Below are positions 1-10,483 of a stretch of 64,000 nucleotides of DNA, piece after piece. The translations under genes were made by a program, and so were the position numbers. The first letter of the stretch is position 1, and every line of letters starts with the position of its first letter. This stretch comes from Macrostomum lignano. Its lineage: Eukaryota. The stretch covers positions 1 through 64,000 of the forward strand of contig NIVC01000746.1 in the NCBI GenBank assembly GCA_002269645.1, given 5' to 3'. A model generated the notes under the pieces. The model saw only the letters and a list, made by a program, of their open reading frames with translations. It was not told the DNA's origin and did not search any database.

Positions 1-2257
1 CTGGGATTTGGGAGCTTTGCAGTCACCAACTCAGGACACGAGATCCATAGTCCGTACCCCCGCTGCTCCTACTCCATGATGTGCTCCAACCGATCTAAGA
101 GTCAATCAGCCCACTGTTGAGAAAAGGGGAAAGAGGAAGAAAAATAGAGCGGCAGTTGGCATGATCCGGCCCCTTTTTCGCCGCGTCCTCCCTTTACCTT
201 CCTCGTTTTTTTATTGATTTTGTCAGCTGCCTGAGCACAGCAAAGCGGGAGTCGGCTGGCTGGCTGGGGAATGAGAGAGAAGCCCGTGGGTGCGGCTTGG
301 GCGGGGAATGCGGCGAAGGAACTGTTGGTGTGTGTCGAGCTTGTTCCACTATCCAAGGGGTTGGCCCGCCGCTCCTGTAACCTTACACGAGTATTTGCCC
401 GGGGAACTGCACAGAGATCAGAAATAAAATTCCAGGAAGCTAAAATCAAGACAGACTTACTGCAGGCAGGCGCCGAGCCAGGAGAATTGACGCAGAGTGG
501 TTGAGCTCGAAGAAACGTTAAATGAAGTTGCTTAAACTCTGAGCAGCAAAAGGGTCTTGTGGAGTCGGAGAATTGCTGCCTGGCTTCAGGCCTTCAGCTC
601 GTTGGAGTCTTTGCATGGAGGCCCATTGCTGTTGGCGAGTTTTTGCTCTTCAATCGTTTGCGCCAGGGGGTAGAGGAGAAGGAGCTTCGCGGTTCTCATC
701 CTCTCCTGTCGTTTGGCCTTCCTTCACTGACGAATACGATGGGGGTTGGTGGAACCCGGGAAGGAAGGAGCTCACTGGAGCAAGGGAGTGAAGGCCCTGT
801 GAAGGTTCCATTGCGCTTGCTTGCTCAGCCACACGACTCAGAGCCACCCTTTCCTCCCCCACCCACAGCAGAGGTGGAAAGGGAACGCTGTGGAATGGGA
901 GGGATGGCCCTGTACATCTCTTACTCAGTCACGCGTTGGCCCGTGGGGTGGGTTGGGCAGGGGCCGCCCGAAAGACCACCCCATCCTCCTTCCTTCTCAC
1001 TCACCCCAGACCGATCCATTCCACACAAAGCAAGACCTCCGCCAGGGGCTCAATACTCACCATGCGCACAGCTCACCACACACACCGGGGTCTGCTTCTA
1101 ACCCTTCAGCCCAAGGCCTTTGCTGTTTTCAACGACCTTCCTTTATGGTTAGTTGGAGCTTTAGCAGAACTAGAAGACTAGAAGGAAGTGGAGAACGCGG
1201 TGAAGCTCTTAGGAATGAGGCAACGGCAGAGCAGACCCCGTGTCTCGAATGAATCCTCCATTAGGGTCTCTAAGAGCCAGGCCAATCCTGCCCGGAGTGG
1301 ATGGAGCGGGTCTCTTTCTTCTGCTCCTGCTTTGCTGCGGCCTCCTCCTTCAGTCCTCCTCCTCCTCCTCCTCCTCCTCGGGCCGGGCGAAGCGAACCGT
1401 GGCACTCGCCGCACTCAGGCACGAGCAAGCTGTGCCCGAATCCGGCCTCATCTTCTCTCTTTTCTCTCGTCTCCGCCCTCTCTCCACCTCGGCCAGCTCC
1501 CGACTGCAGCTGCCTGTCTCACTTATCAGTTCCATGAAAGCTCCTGCTCCTCTGCTTCTGCTTCGGCCAGAGAGCTGCAAGGATTCTTTCCCCGATTTTT
1601 TCTTCCTGCGCTAAGCCTCTTGCCAAGGTTCTCTCTGCTTCCTTCCATCATCATCCCCCACCCCCTTGATCCGCTCTCTCATCTGCTGCTGAGAGACCTC
1701 CCACATCTTCCTCTCCCTCCTCGAGTCTCCAGTGCCATCAAGTCCAGGGGGGCGACATTGGAGGCTCCGAGGAGCTGCCAATCCTCGGCCTCTTCCGTCT
1801 TATCGGCCGGATGAAAAATGCAACAACCTGAAAATTGCCTCTGCTCACCTGCCGCATTGCGCGTTGACTCCGCCTTGCCTTTAGCAGCTCCGGCGCACAC
1901 GGGTTTTTTCTGTACCATTCTCAGCATCCTTCAAGCAAATTCATTTTGACACTTGGCTCAGCCAAGAGCAGTGCATTGGCATTTGGACTCGCTGGGAATC
2001 GGATCGATTATGCACACCCACTCACGAGCTCTGAGTAACTTCGGTTTTTTCTCACTTTTGACCAAGCCTCACTCAGCCGGCACACTTTACAGGGCAGTCA
2101 ACTCAAATGTCTCTGTTCAGCGCCTCACAGCTCACACGCGACGTGGATTCTAATTATTGACTTTTAGTCTTTTTCAGGTTGACTGACGGGAGCGCGAGAA
2201 TCGCCTGGAGGCGAACTGCTCACCGAGATTTGCCAGCAATGATTAGCAAGTCACTCT

Positions 2258-2420
2258 GAAGGAATGAAGGCGCTAAGAAAGGCGCTGAAGGAATGAAGGC
2301 GCTAAGAAAGGCGCTGAAGGAATGAAAGTGCTAAGAAATGCGCTAAAGGAATGAATGTGCTAAGAAATGCGCTGAATGAATTAAAACGCTAAGAACGGCG
2401 CTGAAGAAGGCGCTGAAAGA
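2258..2420. repeat. Degenerate ~29-bp tandem repeat
   Basis: Unit GAAGGAATGAAGGCGCTAAGAAAGGCGCT repeated about 5 times, decaying rightwards. Confidence 0.85.
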
Positions 2421-2423
2421 GTC

Positions 2424-2598
2424 AGTGAGGGAGTCGCTGAGGAGTCGCTGAGGGAGTCGCTGAAGGAGTCGCTGAGGGAGTCGCTGAGGGAGTCGCTGAG
2501 GGAGTCGCTGAGGGAGTCGCTGAGGGAGTCGCTGAGGGAGTCGCTGAGGGAGTCGCTGAGGGAGTCGCTGAGGGAGTCGCTGAGGGAGTCGCTGAGGA
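2424..2598. repeat. 12-bp minisatellite (GCTGAGGGAGTC)n
   Basis: About 14 near-perfect copies; this produces the ATPS-repeat ORF on the minus strand. Confidence 0.95.
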
Positions 2599-2892
2599 AG
2601 AATGTAGGTGGCGCTGTTTTGCAGCCGTGGAGCTGTGTACCCTGGTTACCTCATAAATAAGCAGACTTCTCCGCTCGCCATCAGAACACAAGAGAATCTG
2701 CATCTGCATTCTTTGTCAAAACAATTTCCGTTTTTAATTACCCGCCGAAGCTGCCTGGCTCCTCGCCCACCTGGCCCTCGAGGCATGAAAAGCAAGATGG
2801 CGATTAGACTCGGGGCACCAGGTGCTCTGAATCGAATATAACTGCCGCCTCAAAAGGCAAAATATCAAATAAGTATAAACAATCTGTTTTGG

Positions 2893-4790
2893 TCTTGATG
2901 AATCTGGGTATGGGGACACTGATAAACTGGGAATGGGGTCACTGATGAACTGGAATGGGGTCACTGATAAACTGGAATGGGGTCACTGATAAACTGGGAA
3001 TGGGGTCACTGATAAATTGGGAATGGGTCACTGATAAACTGGGAATGGGGTCACTGATAAATTGGGAATGGGGTCACTGATAAACTGGGAATGGGTCACT
3101 GATGAATCTGGGAATGAGGTCACTGATTAATCTGGAGGATGGGGTCACTGATGAATATGAAAATGGGGTCACTGATGAATCTGCATGGGAATGGGGTCAC
3201 TGTTGAATCTGAAGATAGGGTCACTGATAAACTGGGAATGGGGTCACTGATGAATCTGCATGGGAATGGGGTCACTGTTGAATCTGAAGATAGGTCACTG
3301 ATAAACTGGGAATGGGGTCACTGATGAATCTGCATGTGAATGGGGTCACTGATAAATCTGCATGCGAATGGGGTCACTGATGAATCTGCATGGGAATGGG
3401 GTCACTGCAGATGAATCTCGGAATGGGGACACTGAATAATCTAGGAGCTGGGGTCACTGATGAATCTACATCGGAATGGGGTTATTGCTGAATCTGGAAA
3501 TGGGTCACTGATGAATCTGGGATTGGAGTCACTGATAAACTGGAATAGGGTCACTGATAAACGGGAAATGGGGTCACTGATAAACTGGGAATGGGGTCAC
3601 TGATAAACGGGGAATCGGGTCACTGATAAATTGGGAATGGGTCACTGATAAACTGGGAATGGGGTCACTGATAAACTGGAATGGGGTCACTGATAAATTG
3701 GGAATGGGTCACTGATAAACTGGGAATGGGGTCACTGATAAATTGGGAATGGGGTCACTGATAAACTGGGAATGGGGTCACTGATGAATCTGGGAATGAG
3801 GTCACTGATTAATCTGGAGGATGGGGTCACTGATGAATATGAAAATGGGGTCACTGATGAATCTGCATGGGAATGGGGTCACTGTTGAATCTGAAGATAG
3901 GGTCACTGATAAACTGGGAATGGGGTCACTGATGAATCTGCATGGGAATGGGGTCACTGTTGAATCTGAAGATAGGGTCACTGATAAACTGGGAATGGGG
4001 TCACTGATGAATCTGCATGTGAATGGGGTCACTGATAAATCTGCATGCGAATGGGGTCACTGATGAATCTGCATGGGAATGGGGTCACTGCAGATGAATC
4101 TCGGAATGGGGACACTGAATAATCTAGGAGCTGGGGTCACTGATGAATCTACATCGGAATGGGGTTATTGCTGAATCTGGAAATGGGTCACTGATGAATC
4201 TGGGATTGGAGTCACTGATAAACTGGGAATAGGGTCACTGATAAACGGGAAATGGGGTCACTGATAAACTGGGAATGGGGTCACTGATAAACGGGGAATC
4301 GGGTCACTGATAAACTGGGAATGGGGTCACTGATAAACTGGGAATGGGGTCACTGATAAACGGGGAATCGGGTCACTGATAAACTGGGAATGGGGTCACT
4401 GAAAAACTGGGAATGGGGTCACTGATAAACTGGGAGTGGGGTCACTGATGACTCTGGAAATGGATCACTGATAAACTGGGGGATGGGGTCACTGATGAAT
4501 CTGCATGGGAATGGGGTCTGATGAATTTGGGATTGGGGTCACTTATGAATCTGGGATTGGGGTCACTGATGAATTTGGGGTTGGGGTCAATGATGAATTT
4601 GGGGTTGGGGTCACTGATGAATATGGGATTGTGGTCACTGATGAATTTGGGGGATGGGGTCACTGATGAATTTGGGGAATAGGGCCACTGATGAATCTGC
4701 GAATGGGGTCACTGATGAATTAGGGGGATGGGATCACTGATGAATTTGGGGACGAATTTGGGAATGGGGTCACTGACGAATCTGTACGTG
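2893..4790. repeat. ~21-23-bp satellite (GGGGTCACTGATAAACTGGGAAT-like) with a ~683-bp higher-order duplication
   Basis: Monomer visible throughout; a distinctive variant series starting at 3101 recurs at 3783, and one at 3408 recurs at 4091. Confidence 0.9.
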
Positions 4791-7263
4791 GATGGGATCC
4801 AGAGTTCTCTGAATGATGTGAGAATGGAGTCAGTGAGGATGGAGGTTTCTGAAGGGATGTTCAAAGGCTTCAGAAAGGCAGAAATATTGACGCACTACAA
4901 TAAATATACTAATAATCATAATCGCTTACAGGTTCTCCATAAACAGGATAAATGATTCCCATAGACTTCCCATAAATAGACACGTCTTCACCACATGTTA
5001 TCTGGCCCTGGAAGTTCCTCTTCAGTTCAGTCCGCGTGTACGAAGTCGAAATGTGTACCTTGAACGACCAGAAGCAAAATTCATAGGGGTCCTCTTTTTG
5101 AGTGCCGAAATGGTTCTAGAATAGTTCTGGAATATCGGCACTTTGCGAAAATTTGTTTAAAAAAATTCTAATATTAAACGAAAGTTTGCAAGCACGGTAA
5201 AGGGATTGATAATTCTAAAGCTTCCGTTCCAGACAACTATAATTAACAGTCCATGACTCAGCTTTATCAAGGCATAGCCGAAGAGAGAGACTTGGCTCTC
5301 TCCCAACCAGCACCAACCCCCGCCCATTTTCCTATTCCGTCCTCAGCTGACGAACCCCGCACACAGAGACCGGATGCCTCTGTACACGCCTGGCCCATGG
5401 AGCCGCAGCTGCGGTCGCTGGCTATGCTGATGCAGCCGGTACGAACGCAACCAGGACTGCTTTTGCTGTGGCAGAAATCTCTGCTGAATGGTTAGGGAGA
5501 GAACTTTTCGTCAGCGGCAAAGCACGGCATAGCGAGAGGCCCTTGGCTGGAATGGAGGTCTGTTGAATTGCTGAATTGCATATCTGGAAGTTTCTATGTA
5601 AACTGCATATCCGTACGTCTGAAGTGGCGTGACGTTGGGTGATATTGACAGAAAAAAATTGATTTGCAGATTAACAGCGAGCTAATTCTGCTCCATGACA
5701 TCAATGATAGTATTGGAAAAAATAGGCATTGGATGCTGATTGCTAGCAGCAATGGCTTCTTGATGAAGAGCCAACTAAATACGTGGCTTAGTAGCACTAC
5801 TATGCTGCAGTTTTATGCAGCTTTCAAAAGACAATGAGAAGTCAAACAAAGCCAATAGCAAGGAAGGGAAATTCTGGAGGAAGTTGGCAACAAAGCGGGT
5901 TGCACTTTTGGATGAAGCATTGTGTATCTCAAGCGCTTCAAGATTAATAAACATTGTCCTACTGACTATCAGCACTGGTTCATCCATCCACAACCGACGT
6001 GCCAGAAGACCTGTCAAATAAACTCATATTTCAGAACGCCGCAATCAACAAACTGCTGTGCAATTCAGAAAAGTTCAGTCCTGACATTTGTCAATAGGAT
6101 CCATTGACAAAGGCAAGGCGACAGTTTGCACCAACGGCTATTTTCGTACCAACGTACTTAACAGTCCCTGTAGAGAGCTGCCTGGGTGGCCCGTTACCAA
6201 TATCAACCATCAAACTCGTCTCTGTCTGCCTTCCCTTCTCTCGCTGCATTACTTTGCCTTTGATCCCTCACAAAAGGCAACTGCAAGGCATCCAAATTGA
6301 TGCATCCAGGAGGATCTGGAGCTGCACAGCAGCCTCGTGCAGTCAATAAACGCCTAACATCTGCCCTATTATTCGGCGACTGTCTCTCTATCCCCTTTTC
6401 GCTCGTCTTTGCTTCATTTCCTCGCTGGCGCTTAAAGACCAGCAGCGTCCGGCTTACATTAGAAGGGCGACATTTCTGAACTGTCTTGCATCCACATCGC
6501 TATTTCCTTTTCCTGGGAGGTCGATGATGATTCACTAAGGTACTTCTTGTACGGCTGCCGCACGGGTGAAAATAAGGTAAAGGAGCGGAGGCGGAACGGT
6601 ATGCAAGCTGGTCCAAACGTCATCCGTATTTGCCAATACGCGCGAGAGCCATTTTCGCTTCCCAAAATAGGATCCCATTTTCATTCCCATCGCTACTTTT
6701 CTTTCCAACATTCGGTAGTGAGGCTCGATTGTGCTGAACACACACGTTGGAACACAGCACTCTTCTGGGATCGGGAGGTTCGGTCAAAATTGGTAGGACT
6801 TATTGTAAAGTCGGGTTGGTCCAAGTTGCAACGGAGGCTGAGAGGCAGATGGTATGCACAGGCCATGCCAGACAGAGGGAGCTGTTCCAACCAGAACCAT
6901 TCCTAACCGCTCCAATGTACCTCGCTCGACCTATCTCCAAACCCCGAAGCTGAATTGCTTTGTACCACGACCGGGCCAGGGTGCAGGCTGCAGAACTTGT
7001 CGGAAAGAAACGATGGAAAAGGAAGGGCGAACGGTTTGCATAAATTCACCGGAAAATACTGGGTTAGTTCGAACTGCCGAAACAGCTGAGCGCCAAAGGG
7101 GAGAAGAAATCATTGCAGCCTCCGCTCTGGCGACTGTGCATGACCTTGCTGTTACAGCTGCCCTGTTGGCGTCTAGTACCTCAGTAACAGCAGGAGCACC
7201 AGCTCCAGCACTGGAAGCACTCGGAGCGGAAACTCATCAAGCAACAGACAGTCAGTTAGTCCT

Positions 7264-9300
7264 ATGACACAGGACGCAATGATCGCATCGCCTCAGTACC
7301 AGCAGCAAATGCAGCAGCAGCAACAGCAGCTTCTGCAGCATCAGCACAACCGAGCCAGGCGTAAGTGCCGCAGGTCACGATGTTACAAAGGATCAAAGAC
7401 TGAGGCCGCCATTCAGTTGACATTCAAAGACGCTGATCCTGATCCGTCATCAAATTCTGATGCCCAGGAGCAGCAGCTGATGCCTGGACGGCAAGATTCT
7501 TCCACTGGCCTGGGCCGCCACTGCCGGAAGAGTCAGCTGGATCAGCTGCGGGGCGATCTGGAAAGGCTGGGTCAGCAAATAGCTTCTCTGGCAATGCGAA
7601 ACGGCAACCGCTCCTCCGTAGTGTCTGTAGCGCCTCCACCGCCTCTAATCCCCACGGCCGAACCACCGAGAGCATCGCAGCAGCAGCAGCAGCAGCCGTC
7701 AGTAAACCGTGACCGTGGCGCAAGCGGCAAGGAGCCAAGCGTTTATGATTCGGTGGACGCGTCGGCTAACACAACAACAGCCGTTGTCGGAGCCACTGTT
7801 GAGGGACAGCACTTGAAGAAGGCTGAACTGCGTGTCGCTGGGACCGACATTACAAAAAGCATATCGGACTCTTCTGATCTTGCTTATCAGCGCCAAGAAG
7901 AGGCTGCAGCTGCTGCTTCAGGCCATGGATTATCGTCGCGACGGTACAGGCGCAAAAAGTCACTTGGTGAAGGCGATGAAGCTCCAAATACCGCCATGCT
8001 CAACAGACACGTTGGTTCGTCAAGGCGCCGAGCAAACAATGTCACCAACAACAATAGTCAGCGGGCATTTGACGGTATAGAAAATAACTCCAGTTCAAAG
8101 TCTCTGATCAGTCTTCCGCGCGGTGAAGATCAGCAGCAGCCGGGGACATCAGAGGTTACAACCGAACAGTCGACGGCGCAGAGCGTCACCAGCGGCCGCA
8201 GTCGACGCGGAGGCCTGCTTAGCAATGAAAAGTCGCCATATCGAGACGATTCGGACGGTCACCTGATCTACGCATACGGCGATGTGCTGAAGAATCGCTA
8301 CCGGATCTCAAAAACGCTCGGAGAAGGCACATTTGGCAAAGTGACAGAGTGCGCCGATATGCAGGATTTTGCTCAGCGTCGAGTAGCGGTAAAAATCATA
8401 AAAAATGTGGAAAAGTATCGCGAAGCAGCCAAGCTGGAGATCAACGTGCTGAAGAAGCTGGAGGAAAAAGACCCGTCAGGTCTGCATTTGTGCATAAAGT
8501 TGTTGAGCTGGTTTGAGTTCTATGGCCACATCTGCCTAGTCTTTGACCTTCTTGGCAAGTCTGTGTTCGACTTTCTGAAGGAGAACGACTTTGCGCCATA
8601 TCCGATAGAGCACGTGCGTCACATTGCCTATCAGCTGGTGCACTCAGTGGCCTTCATGCACGCCAACCAGCTGACGCACACGGATCTAAAGCCGGAAAAT
8701 ATTCTGCTTCTTCGGTCGACCTATTCAACCTTTGTTAATCCAAAGCGCAAGAAAGAAGAAAAAATGCTTGATCGAACGGATATCCGGCTAATCGACTTTG
8801 GTTCGGCAACCTTTGATCACGAGCACCACTCTGCCGTGGTGTCCACCCGACACTATCGAGCTCCTGAAGTCATTCTAGAGCTGGGTTGGTCGCAGCCGTG
8901 CGACGTCTGGTCCATCGGATGCATCCTGTTTGAGCTCTACACGGGCTTCACGTTATTCCAGACGCACGAGAATCGCGAACACCTGGCCATGATGGAGCGC
9001 ATACTTGGCCACGTGCCCTACCGCATGACCAGGAACTCCAGGGCCGGCTACTTCTGGCACGGCCGTTTAGACTGGGACTACCATAGCAACGAGGGTCGCT
9101 ACGTGCGCGAGAACTGCAAACCGCTGCATCGTTACATGCGAGACGAGACACCGGACACAAGAGACCTGTTCGACCTGATGCTGCGAATGCTCGAGTACGA
9201 ACCCGAGGACCGCGTCACGCTTAGCGCGGCCTTGGAGCACGCCTTCTTCAAGTCCATCCCGGCAGAGTGGAGCCTGCCGCCAGTGTCTGTGTCCAACTGA
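7264..9300 (+). CDS. CLK: CDC-like (LAMMER) dual-specificity kinase, CLK/Doa family; uninterrupted 678-aa ORF
   Basis: [29 protein letters not shown] and the family signature [11 protein letters not shown]. The frame stays open upstream to a TAG at 7174-7176 that could be a splice acceptor, so the N-terminus may extend. Confidence 0.95.
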   Translation: MTQDAMIASPQYQQQMQQQQQQLLQHQHNRARRKCRRSRCYKGSKTEAAIQLTFKDADPDPSSNSDAQEQQLMPGRQDSSTGLGRHCRKSQLDQLRGDLERLGQQIASLAMRNGNRSSVVSVAPPPPLIPTAEPPRASQQQQQQPSVNRDRGASGKEPSVYDSVDASANTTTAVVGATVEGQHLKKAELRVAGTDITKSISDSSDLAYQRQEEAAAAASGHGLSSRRYRRKKSLGEGDEAPNTAMLNRHVGSSRRRANNVTNNNSQRAFDGIENNSSSKSLISLPRGEDQQQPGTSEVTTEQSTAQSVTSGRSRRGGLLSNEKSPYRDDSDGHLIYAYGDVLKNRYRISKTLGEGTFGKVTECADMQDFAQRRVAVKIIKNVEKYREAAKLEINVLKKLEEKDPSGLHLCIKLLSWFEFYGHICLVFDLLGKSVFDFLKENDFAPYPIEHVRHIAYQLVHSVAFMHANQLTHTDLKPENILLLRSTYSTFVNPKRKKEEKMLDRTDIRLIDFGSATFDHEHHSAVVSTRHYRAPEVILELGWSQPCDVWSIGCILFELYTGFTLFQTHENREHLAMMERILGHVPYRMTRNSRAGYFWHGRLDWDYHSNEGRYVRENCKPLHRYMRDETPDTRDLFDLMLRMLEYEPEDRVTLSAALEHAFFKSIPAEWSLPPVSVSN

Positions 9301-10483
9301 CTAGAATGGAACTTTGACAACGGCGCATACTCAGATTCAGATATTGAATTCTGTTTTCTGTTGTGCTTAGCTTAGATTAGATCATGTTGGTTGACCAATG
9401 GAGTAATTGGTCTCATTTGAAATGTCCAATGATTGTACACAGACTCATCCCACCGCAATTAAAAAGCAACATGCTAACGCTCATCTATTTTTACTGTGTG
9501 AATAAAAAAAATTTAGCTTAGCCTGCCGCAGTTTGTGCAGTAGTTTTGCAGACTTTTCACAACCAGAAATTGCAAAATTAGTCGGTTGAACGCAAGAATT
9601 ACTGATTCTTCCACTGTAGTCACGAGTTCTAGCGGTAGAAAAGTCAGCTTTGCGTATTTCGCGTATGTTTTCATCAATTGATTGCTTAAATGAGTTGCCA
9701 TTTTCATTCTAATCCATTTCTTAAATTACACATTTCTTATCTCTTTGATTGCAAAGAAGGGAAATTTTTAATAATTTTGCTCTACAGCTGTTAAAATCAA
9801 CTTTTTGAAAATAAAACTGCAACATAAACTCCAACTTCAACGTTTGCTGAATATATTTGCCTCAGAGCTCTAAGCACCACAGAATATTCTGTGCTAAGCA
9901 CCGCGTTGTGAGTTGCTATTCATAAATATTGTGCCTCATATCAAAACCTTCATGTCCTCTTGTTTGTACTCTCAGTATACTAGGTAGCCCTAGTGTACGA
10001 TGGCTTTCATATAATTGGGCACAGCCGATCCCAACTGAGAAAGGTGTGCAGGTAAGAAGCGAGAGAATAGGAATTCAGAAGACCAAAGTAAGCGACTATC
10101 TGCACCGGCCAAAGCACCTGCTTTCTCTTATAGTCCCGTTCTGCATCTGAGCACGCTCAACTCCGCTCTATCTTATGGAAAGCATGTGTACAGCTGCAGC
10201 TTAGGGGTGGGAGAGAGAGATAAAATTCTCAGAATACTCAGATCAAACTCAGCGTTACAATGTCAGATATAAGGCTTGGTTTGTGTCTGCGTGTAGTAAA
10301 ATACAAGCTGCAAGGCTTCCATCCAAGTTTCCAACTAAAATCATACCCTGACACTCGCATTTCAACAGAAAAAGCTACATCCCACTCCTAACTATGAGTG
10401 GAAAGGTGAGTCTTAGAGAAGCTGCTTTGTCCAAAACTGTTTTCATCCATTCTTATACGCAACTTCCTTGTTTTCCGGGCCAG

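Noticed and set aside
102-1927. Long overlapping ORFs on both strands (559-1101, 1188-1814 and others)
   Set aside because: No recognisable domain, low-complexity CT-rich sequence and no consistent splice model. It may be part of a gene or element extending outside the window, but I cannot support a call.
2422-4955. ORFs with ATPS or MGSLMN repeats
   Set aside because: Translations of tandem repeats.
6854-7267. 137-aa ORF overlapping the CLK start (ATGA)
   Set aside because: No motif; the CLK frame itself is open to a possible acceptor at 7176, so this is more likely an alternative frame of UTR or intron.
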